Of a DNA stretch of 64,000 nt, positions 20,995 through 31,430 are shown one piece after another; position 1 is the stretch's first letter; the number at the start of each line of letters is the position of its first letter. The notes under the pieces were generated by a model. The model ran no database searches and was not told the DNA's origin. It saw only the letters and a list, made by a program, of their open reading frames with translations. The stretch spans positions 160,001-224,000 of the forward strand of contig CAVUVW010000015.1 in assembly GCA_963745035.1 (NCBI GenBank), given 5' to 3'. Position numbers and translations under genes: made by a program. The stretch is from an uncultured delta proteobacterium. Its GTDB lineage: Bacteria > Desulfobacterota > Binatia > UBA9968.

Positions 20995-22387
20995 TCAGGA
21001 GCGCTTGGCGCTTTTCTCCTCGCGCCGCGGCCGCAGATCCAGGCGAATCGGCGCATGCTCCATGCCCAGCTCGGCGCGCAGCCGATGGACTAGATATTTT
21101 TTGTAAGTCTCGTGCACCGCGCTCGGGCGATTGACGAACAGCGTGAACGTCGGCGGGCTCGTGCGCGTCTGCGTACCGTAGTAAAACTTCACCGCCCGCC
21201 CTTGAGCGAGCGGCGGCGCGTGCGCGCGCACGATTTTCTGCAGCGCCTGATTGACCGCCGAGGTCGACGCCTTACGCCGGTAGGCTTGCACCACCACGGC
21301 GGCGGTTTGCAGCAGCTTGCGCACGCCGTGCCCGGTTGCCGCCGAGATAAACGCGATCGGCGCAAAGTCGAGAAACGACAGCCGGTAGTTGACTTCGTCG
21401 CGATATTTTTTCGTGTCGCTTTCGGCCTGGGGCATCAAATCCCATTTGTTGACGGCCAACAGCAGCCCCTTGCCGCGCTGCACCGCGTAGCTCAAGATCT
21501 GCGCATCCTGATCGGTGACCCCTTCCGGCCCGTCGATCACATGGATGATCAGATCGCCGCGATCGACGGCGCGCAGCGAGCGGTGCACGCTGAACTGTTC
21601 GACGCGGTCGTCGATGCGCGCCTTGCGGCGAATGCCGGCGGTGTCGATGAGAACCGCGGGCTTTCCCAGCAGCTCGAAGGGCGTGTCGAGTGAATCGCGC
21701 GTCGTTCCCGGCGCGGAATGCACCACCGAGCGTTCGAAACCGAGCAGGCGATTGATCAAAGTCGATTTGCCCACGTTCGGCCTGCCGACGACGGCGACGC
21801 GCAGCGGTTGCGCCTTCTCGCGCTTCCGCCTCCTCGCCCGGAGACGAATCCGGCGGAAACCTGGCGACCACGTTGTCCATCAACTCGGCAACGCCCAAGC
21901 CATGCTCGGCGGAAATCGCATAGAGCGGCTCGATGCCGAGTGCGAAAAACTCGTACAGATTGGCCTCGCGGCGCTGCGAGTCGAGCTTGTTGACCGCGAA
22001 AAAAATCGGCTTGGCGGCGCGGCGCAGTTGGTCGACAACGGAGCGGTCGAGCGGATTGAGGCCGCCCTTGCCGTCGAAGAGGAACACGATCGCATCCGCT
22101 TCCGTCACCGCTTGGCGGCTCTGCGCCTGCACGCTGCGCTCCAGGTTGTCCGCGCTTTCCGATTCCATGCCGCCGGTGTCGATGAGCAGATATTTCCGCC
22201 CCGACCATTCGGCTTCGGAATAATTGCGGTCGCGGGTGACTCCCGGTATGTCGTCGACGATGGCTTTGCGCTCGCCGACCAGACGATTGAACAGAGTCGA
22301 TTTGCCGACGTTCGGCCGCCCGACGATCGCCACTACCGGCAACCGCCGCGCCGCCGCGGACGCTTTTGCTTGGAACCGCGCCGCCAT
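20995..22387 (-). CDS. der: ribosome biogenesis GTPase Der (+1 frameshift near 21820)
   Basis: Two G domains ([16 protein letters not shown] and [16 protein letters not shown]) plus a KH-like C-terminus. The shift falls in the linker. Confidence 0.95.
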
Positions 22388-22389
22388 CT

Positions 22390-23313
22390 TTATACGCCCA
22401 TCTCCGTCAGCAAATGCGGGTTTTGCGTCCAGTCGGGATCGACGCGGACGAACAGCTCGAGAAAAATTCGGCAGCCCAACAGCGTTTCCAGTTCCTCGCG
22501 CGCCTGCTTGCCGATTTCCTTCAGCATGGCGCCGCGCTTGCCGATGAGAATCCCCTTGTGCGAATCCCGTTCGGTGTGAATCGTCGCGGCGATCACGATC
22601 AGGTTCTTTTCCTGCTTCTCGGTAAATTCGTCGATCGTCACAGCGACGCCGTAGGGAATCTCCTCGCGGGTCAGCAGGAACACTTTCTCGCGCACGATCT
22701 CCGAGGCGAGAAAGCGCTCGGACTGGTCGGTGTACTCGCCTTCGGTAAAAAACGGTGTCCCTTCGGGCAGCCACTTCTCGACCAGATCGAGGATGAGCGT
22801 AATTCCCTCGCCGCGCAGCGCGCTCACCGGCACGATCTCCTTCCCCGGCAAGAGCTGCGCGCAGCGCTCCATCAGCGGCAGCAGTTTCCCTTTGGAGACC
22901 AGATCGATCTTGTTCAAAAGAATCAACACCGGCGTCTCGACGCCGCGCAGGGTCTCGGCGATGCGCTCTTCTTCCTGTTTGATCTTGTCCTGGGCGTCGA
23001 GCAGCCAGATGACCCCGTCCACCTCGTCGAGCGTCTGCAGCGCGGTGTCCACCATGCGCCGGTTCATGAGCGAATGGCCCTGGTGAATCCCCGGCGTATC
23101 GAGGAAAACGATCTGCGCGCCGGGCGTGGTGCGAATGCCGGTGATGCGGTTGCGCGTGGTCTGCGGTTTGGGCGAAACGATGGCGACTTTTTCGCCGAGA
23201 ATCCGATTGAGCAAGGTCGATTTGCCGACGTTCGGCCGGCCGACGATGGCAATGTAGCCGGCGCGAAACGGCGCCGCGCTTTTTTCCTTGTCCTGGTCCT
23301 GCGCCTCTGTCAT
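22390..23313 (-). CDS. era: GTPase Era
   Basis: [21 protein letters not shown] and KH motif ILIGKRG. Confidence 0.97.
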   Translation of the reverse strand: MTEAQDQDKEKSAAPFRAGYIAIVGRPNVGKSTLLNRILGEKVAIVSPKPQTTRNRITGIRTTPGAQIVFLDTPGIHQGHSLMNRRMVDTALQTLDEVDGVIWLLDAQDKIKQEEERIAETLRGVETPVLILLNKIDLVSKGKLLPLMERCAQLLPGKEIVPVSALRGEGITLILDLVEKWLPEGTPFFTEGEYTDQSERFLASEIVREKVFLLTREEIPYGVAVTIDEFTEKQEKNLIVIAATIHTERDSHKGILIGKRGAMLKEIGKQAREELETLLGCRIFLELFVRVDPDWTQNPHLLTEMGV

Positions 23314-23387
23314 AAACGAAACCGAAGACGCATTATGACACTGTCGACTCGCCGTTCAAGATCGACTCCCGCTACACGATCTCATTC

Positions 23388-23960
23388 ATGCCGATTCAAC
23401 TGACGCCGCCAATGAAGCGCCGGCTCACGCGCCGCGCGCATGACATGATCGCGCGCTCGCTGCATTTATTCCCCGAGCTCCGCGGCGCAACCATCACGGT
23501 GGGCTACACGCGCAAGCACTTGGGCAGCGCGACGGTGGTCTACCGAAAGGGAAAGATTGCGCGGCTGATCATCCGGCTCCGCGTCCGCAAGGTGACGTAT
23601 CAGACGATCGGCCACGAGCTCACCCATTTGGTGCAAGGCCTGGCCCATGGCGAGCGCGCGCGGTCGCGCTCAGCCGATCCGGCGAAAGTGCCGTCGGGCG
23701 AACCGCAGTGCGATATCTGGACCTTGGCTCGCGATCCGCTTTTCTGCGACGATCCGCCGACGTATATCAAACTGCCGCGCGTGATCCGCGAGCGCTGGCC
23801 GGAATACGCGTCTCAAGTGCGCGATCTCTGCATCGCGGCGATCGAAAAACGCGCCGCCTACCGGCCGTACATTCGCTGGCTCGAAGCCGAGCTGCGCGGG
23901 CTCGCCCGGGCGCCGCAGGCGAACATTCCTGCCGCGGGTCAGCTTTTGTTGCCTCTGTGA
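23388..23960 (+). CDS. hypothetical protein with HEXXH zinc-metallopeptidase motif
   Basis: TIGHELTHLVQ followed by GEPQCDIWTLAR. Confidence 0.7.
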   Translation: MPIQLTPPMKRRLTRRAHDMIARSLHLFPELRGATITVGYTRKHLGSATVVYRKGKIARLIIRLRVRKVTYQTIGHELTHLVQGLAHGERARSRSADPAKVPSGEPQCDIWTLARDPLFCDDPPTYIKLPRVIRERWPEYASQVRDLCIAAIEKRAAYRPYIRWLEAELRGLARAPQANIPAAGQLLLPL

Positions 23961-24043
23961 CGGATTTTAGCGGCCGGGAATCCTCTCCGGAAGGAACACG
24001 CAGCCGAGGAATTGAAGCGGGCGCGAGTCGCTTGTCGGCGCTC

Positions 24044-24991
24044 TTAAGAATCCTCCGGACGGAAGATCGCTTCGATCTCCTTGAGCTCGCCGCTGGCGAG
24101 CTTCCAATCGGCGGCTCTCACGTTGCTGATCACGTGCTCGACCCTTCTCGCGCCGGTGATGACCGAGCACACGCTCGGCTCGGCCATCAGCCAAGCCTGC
24201 GCCAGCTCGTTGACGCCGCGGCCGTGATCTTGCGCCCAAGCCGACAGTTGCGCGACGACACGATAGTTTTTCTCGATCATGAGCTCTTGGACGGCGCGCG
24301 CCGATGCGCCGCGCGAACCGGCAGGCGGGGCCTTGCCCATCTCGTATTTGCCGGTGAGAAAACCGCCGGCGAGCGGATAATACGGCACGAAGCCCACCCG
24401 ATGCGCCCGGCAATAAGGCAGCACTTCGCGCTCGACCTCACGCTTCAATAAATTGTACTCGGATTGCAGGACCACAAAGCGGCTCCAGCCTTTCAACTCC
24501 GCCAGCACATTCGCGTGGGCGAGCTGCCACGAAGCATACGCCGAGGCGCCGGTGTAGCAGATCTTGCCCATGCGGATCAGATCGTCCAAGCCGCGCAAGG
24601 TTTCCTCGATCGGCGTCGTCTCGTCCCAGCGGTGGCAGTAATAGAGCGCGATATTGTCGGTTTGCAGCCGCCGCAGGCTCTGCTCCACCGACTGGATCAT
24701 GTGATGGCGCGACGCGCCCCAGCTATTGGCGCCGGTTTTTCGTGGAAAGTTGAACTTGGTCGCGAGAACCACTCGATCCATGCGCCCTTTCAACGCGTGG
24801 CCCAAGGTCTCCTCGGAAAGCCCTTCATTATAGACATTCGCGGTGTCGATAAAATTGATCCCGCTGTCGAGCGCCGCGTCGATGATCTTGTCGACCTCGG
24901 ATTGCGGCGTATCGGCCGAACCGAAACGATTGGCGCCGAGCCCGACGACCGACACGCGTGCGCCGGCATTGCCCAGTTGGCGGTATTCCAT
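24044..24991 (-). CDS. aldo/keto reductase
   Basis: INFIDTANVY, LATK, SLRRLQTD and PLAGGFLTGKY. Confidence 0.95.
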   Translation of the reverse strand: MEYRQLGNAGARVSVVGLGANRFGSADTPQSEVDKIIDAALDSGINFIDTANVYNEGLSEETLGHALKGRMDRVVLATKFNFPRKTGANSWGASRHHMIQSVEQSLRRLQTDNIALYYCHRWDETTPIEETLRGLDDLIRMGKICYTGASAYASWQLAHANVLAELKGWSRFVVLQSEYNLLKREVEREVLPYCRAHRVGFVPYYPLAGGFLTGKYEMGKAPPAGSRGASARAVQELMIEKNYRVVAQLSAWAQDHGRGVNELAQAWLMAEPSVCSVITGARRVEHVISNVRAADWKLASGELKEIEAIFRPEDS

Positions 24992-25028
24992 GAAATCTCC
25001 TCTGTGAATTGAAGATAGAAGGGCGGGG

Positions 25029-25394
25029 TTAGCGTCTGCGCGCCGCCGCGGAACTCTGCCTTGCCAAGCGCTGCGCTTTTCGCCCGGAGCGGTCCCGGCC
25101 GCAGTTCCAACACTCGGAAAACTGGCCCTCGATCGTCTCGCCGCAGCCGACGCAAGCCCAGGGTTTTTTTACCGCGTGGAGCGGCGCCAGGGTTTTCTTG
25201 AGAACCGACTTGGCGCGGCCGAACGTCTCGTCGTCCACCACCCACAGCTCCGGCCAGCATTCCACCGGCGGGAGCTCGCCCGCGGCGCTGATGAGATCGA
25301 CCTTGCGCGCCACGCATTTGATGCCGACGGCAGCCAGCACATTTTTCAAATGGCCGATCATCAGGGGATCTTTCGCGCTGTGAAGACGCTTCAT
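25029..25394 (-). CDS. DUF2007-like (PII-like) protein with C-terminal zinc ribbon
   Basis: GELPP.ECWPELWV; W.CxxC...FSECWNCG. Confidence 0.8.
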   Translation of the reverse strand: MKRLHSAKDPLMIGHLKNVLAAVGIKCVARKVDLISAAGELPPVECWPELWVVDDETFGRAKSVLKKTLAPLHAVKKPWACVGCGETIEGQFSECWNCGRDRSGRKAQRLARQSSAAARRR

Positions 25395-25412
25395 GCCGCT
25401 TGGCCCGTGCTC

Positions 25413-25757
25413 TTACTCACCGCGCCGCAGCGCCTTTTCATTGAGCTGCAAGCGCGCCCCGAGCCACAGCGATCGTTCCATATGGTCGCCGTAGCCGTCG
25501 CCGGTGGAAGGATGCACCAGCACCGACAAGCCCTCGCGATGGAGCATCAGCCAAGGCACGACTTTGCCGAACTCGTCGGTCGAGAAAACCGCCTGGTACA
25601 TGGCGTCGAGATGAGGACCGACCGCCTCGTCGTGCCAGCTTCCGAGCTGGACATTGAAGGCCGCGAGCCCGGCGCGCACCCGCGCCGCGGCGTCCCGCGT
25701 CTTTTTCGGGTCGTAGTAAATATGGGCGTGGTAGCCTTTGATCACCCGTTCGGCCAT
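25413..25757 (-). CDS. DOPA 4,5-dioxygenase family protein
   Basis: YHAHIYY, VGPH, WLMLHREGLSVLVHP and DH...LWLG. Confidence 0.92.
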   Translation of the reverse strand: MAERVIKGYHAHIYYDPKKTRDAAARVRAGLAAFNVQLGSWHDEAVGPHLDAMYQAVFSTDEFGKVVPWLMLHREGLSVLVHPSTGDGYGDHMERSLWLGARLQLNEKALRRGE

Positions 25758-25934
25758 TTGTCACCTCGCCATCACGGACTCTGCGAATTTTTTATCAAAA
25801 AGCCGCCGCAGAAGCCAAGCGGCGGATGAAAAACGGATTTGGGGCAATAGGAACGCGGTTTTCGCGGCAGCGCGTGAGCGCGCGAAACTACGCTCAGCGC
25901 TTTCTGAAAAGAACTTTGGTAGGTCGGAAAAGAA

Positions 25935-26129
25935 TCAGGACTTGGCCGGCTCGGCGGAGATCTCTTCGGGGAAGATGTACTCGTGACCGGCCGCGCCGAA
26001 GTTTACCAAAATCAGTTGGCGCCCCATGTTTTCCACCATCCTGACGAATGTGCCTTCACGGGGCAACAAGACACCGGTCTTCTGCGATCGAATGGGTTTG
26101 GCGGTTTTTAATAGGTCTCCAGGCCTCAT
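25935..26129 (-). CDS. small hypothetical protein (64 aa, beta-rich)
   Basis: ATG preceded by AGGGAG; MRPGDLLKT...EYIFPEEI. Confidence 0.65.
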   Translation of the reverse strand: MRPGDLLKTAKPIRSQKTGVLLPREGTFVRMVENMGRQLILVNFGAAGHEYIFPEEISAEPAKS

Positions 26130-26476
26130 TGACTCTCCCTTTCCAACTCGAATCAACTTGTTCCAAGTCCTATGTTCCCTGCTCCCTCGATGCCGTCTCC
26201 TGTTCGTTTCACCTCGCTCTAACTATTAGACGTTTGTCGCGGTTAAACGAATGCAAGCATAAGACCAATTGTGAAAAAATTTCCCCAGCCTGTTCATGCT
26301 AACGCGGGAATGCCGTTCGGCGGGGGAAAATTCGGATAAAAAACCAGTTTTACACACTCTATGAGAGCTTCAGAGGTATATTTCCTAATCATCGGCGTGT
26401 ATCAGATTGCCCTTTTGCTCGACCGTGCAAAAAAATGAGGCAGCAAGGAAAGGGTCGAGGCGGATTATGCTGCGCC

Positions 26477-26502
26477 AATTCTGTAGATAACGCGACAGAA
26501 TT
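26477..26502. promoter_or_regulatory. palindromic operator AATTCTGT-N10-ACAGAATT
   Basis: Perfect 8-bp inverted repeat containing TGT-N10-ACA in an AT-rich intergenic region. Confidence 0.5.
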
Positions 26503-26796
26503 TGCACGCGAAAAAACTGTGCCAAGACAACTGTCTGATGAAAATGCTTCCGAGCAGCGGATGTTTTTCTCTTGTGGTTCAAAGCGCGGCTTCAAGGACG
26601 GCGCACCGGCGTGCTCCGCATGCGCGTTTCAGCGGCGTTTAGAGTCAAGCGACCAAACTCTTCATTCGAGAAGTAGCGAGGGAGAAAATCAGGTTGTCGA
26701 AGCTTCGATGATGCGATGAAAGCGTGACGATTCATTCATCACGCGGCGACATTAACACAAGTAAAATAATTTAGCTATTTTTTTGCGCCATTTTTC

Positions 26797-26973
26797 TCAC
26801 CGTCGGGCCAAGCTCACGCATTGCGAACAAACTCGCTTCCACCCTTTCCACCAGCCTCTGAAAAAATGGTGACGACAAACGACCTTGCCGCAGCGCGCGC
26901 ACTTGCCGCTGCGCAGCTCGGCGAATCGAGCGCCGCAGAGCGCGCAGGTGAAAGGAATGATCTCGAGCGTCAC
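26797..26973 (-). CDS. small Cys-rich zinc-finger protein (58 aa)
   Basis: CALC...CARC...CRHH...CSQC; GTG start inferred. Confidence 0.6.
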   Translation of the reverse strand: MTLEIIPFTCALCGARFAELRSGKCARCGKVVCRHHFFRGWWKGWKRVCSQCVSLARR

Positions 26974-27062
26974 GTCGAAGTTCCCGTTCGATATCGATGC
27001 AATCAAATGAAAGCGCCGTTCGAGATCGCCGCTGCGCCGATTGTCGAAGCTCCGAGAAAGCG

Positions 27063-30000
27063 CTATGTCTGCCGGCCCTCGTCGGCGCGCAATTGTCTCT
27101 CGCTGCCAAGGGCGGCATTTTCCCCCCGCCACTGGCGGAAAACCAAATCGGTGAGAAACAAGAGCAGCGCCGCGCCGGCAAGCGGCCACCAGGTCTCCTG
27201 GCCCTGCCGGCTTTTCCCGGGCGACGGCGTGTAAAGCCGCTTGAGACCTTCGTCGAGCTTTTCCGGGTCGAGCATTTCGCCGCCCGTCTCTTCGGTAAGC
27301 CGGCTCAGCAGCGGCAGATTGGGTTTGAGCTCGCGATATTCCTTCGGATACGGCGCGACGAACGGCACCGTTGCCAGCGCCACCGGCGCCTCGCCGGCGG
27401 CGGCCTCGGCGTAGAGAGATATAAAGTGAATGCCGCGCGCTGCCGGCATAAATTTGCCTTCGTAGCGGCCCGGCGCGCTTTGTTGAAGCGGTCGTTCCTG
27501 GGTCGCGTGGTCCGGCGCAGTGATGTTGGCCTTGATGTTTAAATGATTCAAGAACTGGCCGTCCGGGCTCGAAAGATCGGCAACGATCTTGACCGTCTCG
27601 CCCTCGGCATGGAAATCGGTGCGCATGCGGGTTTCGAGAATCTTCCGCATGGCGTCGCGCGCGAGCTGGCTGGTCCACTGCGCAAAACCCGTCCAGCTCA
27701 CCCAATCCTTGCCCCAGCGCCCGCTCAAGTCCGAAGTGAACGCCGTCACCCGGCCAAGGCCGTAACGCCAGGAGACCAGCAGCGGATCTTTATCGACCCG
27801 CATCAACAACTCGGCGCGCGCCTTCGGGTAGGTCAGCACATAGCCGCGCAGCGCCGGAAGATTATTCGGACTGATGCCTTTGAGCGGGCCGGCGGGCGCG
27901 ACGATCGCCGGAGTCACGGTTTTTTCCACCAGCAGATCGCGCGCGATCAGCAAGGTTTCGGTGGTGAAGATCTGCGGGATGGTTTGCGGATCGAGGGCGA
28001 CGTAGCCCCGTCCTTTGCCAGTCTTGGCGATGTCCGCCATGAGCTGCACGTCGGCATCGCTGCCGACCGAAACCGTGGACACGGTAATGCCATCGCGCGC
28101 CATCTTCTGCATCAAGCTTTGAAAGTCCGCCTTGTCGGTGAGCCCGTCGGAGAGCGCGATCACGTGTTTGATCGCCGCCTGTTTGGCGGCGATGCCGCGG
28201 TGCGCCTCCACCATCGCCTTGTAAAGATCGGTGCCGCCGTCGGACTGCAGCGAGGCGAGCTTCTCCGAGATCCACTCGCCCTTGCCCACCTGGCGAAACG
28301 GCAGCGCCCAGTCCCAGGCGGCGTCGAAGGCCAGGATGCCGACTTGATCGGTCGGATTCATGATGTCGGCGGCGGCAATCGCCGCGGCCTTGGCGAGGTC
28401 AAGCTTGGTGCTGCCTTCCCCGCCCGAACCCATGCTGCCGGACTTGTCGATCACGAACAGCAAGGCCACGTGGGGCATCTCGAGGCGCGCCGGCGGGCGC
28501 ATATCGACCGGCAGAATGCGCTCCAGCGGCGTGCGGAAATAGCCGCCGGCGCCGTAGCTCTGCGCGCCGCCGATGACCAGCACGCCGCCGCCGAGATCGC
28601 GCGCGTATTTCTCGATGTTCTCCATCTTGGCGTGGGTCAAATGAAACGCCGGCACGTTATCGAGCACCAGCAGATCGTAGGCGGACAGCTCGGAGAGCGA
28701 CAGCGGATGGCTCTGCGGCGCGGCCTCCACGACCGCGTAGCCTTGCACCTGCAGCACGCGGGAGATCACCCGTTGGCTTTCCTTTTCCGCCGAGAGCAGC
28801 AGCACCCGCGGCGGTCCTTTGACCGCCACCACGCCCTGCAGCAAATTGTTCTCCGCCAGCGTGTCGTCCGCGGCCTCGACCAGCAGCTCGTAGGAGTGGT
28901 TGCCGCGCTCGCGAATGCTGTCGCGAAACGCCAGCGGATTGCTGCCGGCTTTGAGCTGGACGCTGCGCTCGGTGTGGAGAACCCCATCGCGCAGCAAGCG
29001 CACACGCGCCGGCGTCTCGCGCAAGCTCTCGACCACGGCGCGCACCTCGAAACCCTCGGCGCTGTCGACCAGCCGCGGCGCGGTCAAGTCGCTCAAGTAC
29101 ACTTCGTTGCGCCCGCGCGAGAGACCCACCGGCAGGGTCCAAACCTGGACGTCCTGGGCGCGCAGCAGCGGCACCACGCGAGCGGTCTCGCCGCGGTTTT
29201 CGTTGCCATCGGAGATCAGCAGGATTTTCCCCTGCCGTCCTTCGCCAATCTGGGCGAGGGCCGCCTGCAGCGCCGCCTGAACGTCGGTCTCCTCGCGGTC
29301 CAGGCGCGCGGAAAAATCGAGCGCCGGCAGTCGCGCGCGCGGCAGCGACTCCCACTCCGGCGCGCGGCCGAAAGACAGAAGTCCGGTGCGCGCTTCGGCG
29401 GTTTGGAGCCGCGCCGCGCTCTCGATCACCGCCTGGGCCTTTTCCCGCCCTTCCTGGCCGACGCTGCGCGACAGGTCAACGCCGAGGATCACATCAAGGG
29501 CGCTCGTCGAGCGCAGCAGGCGCGGATTGATGACCGCGAGTGCCAACACCGCCAGCGCCGCGCCGCGCATGGCAATCGGATAAAGCGGCAGGCCCTGGCG
29601 AAACGCGAGCCAGAGCTCCACGCCGAGGATGAGCCACACCGCGCCGAGCAGGAGCGGCCAGAGCGCAAAAACCGCGTCTAGCGCGCCGCTCGACGCCGCT
29701 TGCTTGTCGGCTGCGCCGTGTAAAACGGCGCGCGGGACGATGGCGGATTCCTCCTCGTCGAGTAGATTGACCGCGAAGCCGGCAGCGCTGCGCCCGCCGC
29801 CCGTGAAATGGTAAAAACCGGCTTCGAAAGTGTCGGCGAAAACCAGGGAATCCTTCGGCGCCGAAAGCAGCTCGCGCTTGCCCGATGGAGAGCTGATTTC
29901 CACCGCCGGCGTGCTGTTCGCCAATTTTAAAGTCACCGGCGCGCCGGCTTTCACCGCCGCGCCGGGAAATTCGCGGCTGCGCGGTTGAAACCACTCGAGC

Positions 30001-31427
30001 GCGTTGTGAAACAGCACCGGAAAAGCGACGCGCAGCGGCAGGTCCGAAGCGAGCAGATCGAAACCCAAAAACAAAACCCGCAGCCCGCCGCTTTCCAGGG
30101 CATAGAGCAGCGGCGAGGTCCCGGCGCGCGCCAGCACAGTCCCTTCGCCTTTGAGCGTCACCCGGGACGCTTCGCGAATCGTCAGATCGCCCAAGCTCAG
30201 GCCGGCCGTGAGCGGATGCTTGGCGGCCATCGCCACCCGCGGGTTGTGCATCGTGCCGGCGCGCTCGAGCGGCAGATTGGGCGCAATCGTATTGATCAGG
30301 ATAAAATTGCCGCGCGTCAGCGCGGGCGCGGCCACGCGATCGAAAATCACCACATCGAACGGACTTTGCACCTGGGCCGCTTCCCAGTCCGGCGCGCTCG
30401 CCACCTCGACGTCGGCAAACAATTGTAGCAGGCGAATCAGATAAGGATTGCCCGGGCCGACGTAGAGAACGCGCAGCGGCGCGCGGTCGGCAAGCACCAG
30501 ATAGGCGCGGTTGTCGGTCGCGAAGTCGTCGGCGACTTCCAAGCGCGCCACCAGCTTTCCCGCCAACGCGCCGTCATAGGGAACAATCAGCACGCGCCGC
30601 TCGTGCGCGCCGAGCGCGATCTCCTGGCGCGCCAGGTTCCGGTCGTCGAGCAGCAAGGACAGCGGCGCGCGCACCGCCTTGGCGGTAAAATTTTTGACGT
30701 GAACCATGATCTCGGCACCCGTCGACTCGGCATGCCGGCGCACTTCGAAGCCAACGATGCCGACGTTGTCCTGGCCGCCGCCCACCCGGACAAAGCGCAG
30801 CTGATCGCCGGCGTTGGCGAACTCCTCGGCGCCCGCGAAGGCGCCGTCACTCAACACCACGACGCGGTCAGGGCTGCCGCGCTTGAGAAATGCGTGGGCG
30901 AAAAGAATCGCGTCCTTCACCCGCCCCGGCGCGTCAGTCGCTTCCAGGCCGCGCGCCAGCTCGCGCAGCCGGCGCGGATCGGCAGTGAAAGGCATGAGCA
31001 GGCGCGGCTGCGCCCCCGCGCCGATGACCATCATCTTCTGTCCGCCGCCGAGCCCGTCGATCAGCGACAGCCACTCGCGCCGCGCCGCGTCGAAGCGCGC
31101 CACACCGCGCTCCTGCGCCTTCATGCTGGCGCTCAGGTCGATGACCACGACCAAGTCTCCGGCCGCGGCGCCGAAGGAGCGCAGCCACGGATCGGCGAGC
31201 GCGGCGATGAGCAGGAACGCCGCCAAGAGTTGCAGGATCAGCAGCAGATTTTTTCGCAAGAGCCAGCCGAGCCGGGTGCCAAGCGGACGCTCTTTCAAAA
31301 CCCGCTCCCAGATGAAAAATGTCGCCGTGCGAACTTGCAGACCGCGCGGCTTGAGGCTTTGCAGAAAGAGGATCAGCGGGACCGCTCCGGCGAGCAACAA
31401 CAGTGCGGTTGGAAAACGCCAGAGCAT
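27063..31427 (-). CDS. large membrane-anchored BatA + multi-VWA + GATase1-like protein
   Basis: N-terminal BatA-like TM segment; MIDAS motifs DLSASM, DLSRSV and DKSGSM; SDG motifs; GGGVLVIGGAQSYGAGGY; WRYGLGRVTAFTSD. Confidence 0.88.
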   Translation of the reverse strand: MLWRFPTALLLLAGAVPLILFLQSLKPRGLQVRTATFFIWERVLKERPLGTRLGWLLRKNLLLILQLLAAFLLIAALADPWLRSFGAAAGDLVVVIDLSASMKAQERGVARFDAARREWLSLIDGLGGGQKMMVIGAGAQPRLLMPFTADPRRLRELARGLEATDAPGRVKDAILFAHAFLKRGSPDRVVVLSDGAFAGAEEFANAGDQLRFVRVGGGQDNVGIVGFEVRRHAESTGAEIMVHVKNFTAKAVRAPLSLLLDDRNLARQEIALGAHERRVLIVPYDGALAGKLVARLEVADDFATDNRAYLVLADRAPLRVLYVGPGNPYLIRLLQLFADVEVASAPDWEAAQVQSPFDVVIFDRVAAPALTRGNFILINTIAPNLPLERAGTMHNPRVAMAAKHPLTAGLSLGDLTIREASRVTLKGEGTVLARAGTSPLLYALESGGLRVLFLGFDLLASDLPLRVAFPVLFHNALEWFQPRSREFPGAAVKAGAPVTLKLANSTPAVEISSPSGKRELLSAPKDSLVFADTFEAGFYHFTGGGRSAAGFAVNLLDEEESAIVPRAVLHGAADKQAASSGALDAVFALWPLLLGAVWLILGVELWLAFRQGLPLYPIAMRGAALAVLALAVINPRLLRSTSALDVILGVDLSRSVGQEGREKAQAVIESAARLQTAEARTGLLSFGRAPEWESLPRARLPALDFSARLDREETDVQAALQAALAQIGEGRQGKILLISDGNENRGETARVVPLLRAQDVQVWTLPVGLSRGRNEVYLSDLTAPRLVDSAEGFEVRAVVESLRETPARVRLLRDGVLHTERSVQLKAGSNPLAFRDSIRERGNHSYELLVEAADDTLAENNLLQGVVAVKGPPRVLLLSAEKESQRVISRVLQVQGYAVVEAAPQSHPLSLSELSAYDLLVLDNVPAFHLTHAKMENIEKYARDLGGGVLVIGGAQSYGAGGYFRTPLERILPVDMRPPARLEMPHVALLFVIDKSGSMGSGGEGSTKLDLAKAAAIAAADIMNPTDQVGILAFDAAWDWALPFRQVGKGEWISEKLASLQSDGGTDLYKAMVEAHRGIAAKQAAIKHVIALSDGLTDKADFQSLMQKMARDGITVSTVSVGSDADVQLMADIAKTGKGRGYVALDPQTIPQIFTTETLLIARDLLVEKTVTPAIVAPAGPLKGISPNNLPALRGYVLTYPKARAELLMRVDKDPLLVSWRYGLGRVTAFTSDLSGRWGKDWVSWTGFAQWTSQLARDAMRKILETRMRTDFHAEGETVKIVADLSSPDGQFLNHLNIKANITAPDHATQERPLQQSAPGRYEGKFMPAARGIHFISLYAEAAAGEAPVALATVPFVAPYPKEYRELKPNLPLLSRLTEETGGEMLDPEKLDEGLKRLYTPSPGKSRQGQETWWPLAGAALLLFLTDLVFRQWRGENAALGSERQLRADEGRQT

Positions 31428-31430
31428 AAC

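Noticed and set aside
26508-26524. Sigma54-like TGGCAC...GC
   Set aside because: GG-to-GC spacing is 2 nt too long as written, although it spans a homopolymer.
27543-29681. Long antisense ORFs (also 17934..19511, 30603..32813, 4827..6362)
   Set aside because: Shadows of real genes in high-GC DNA; no motifs.
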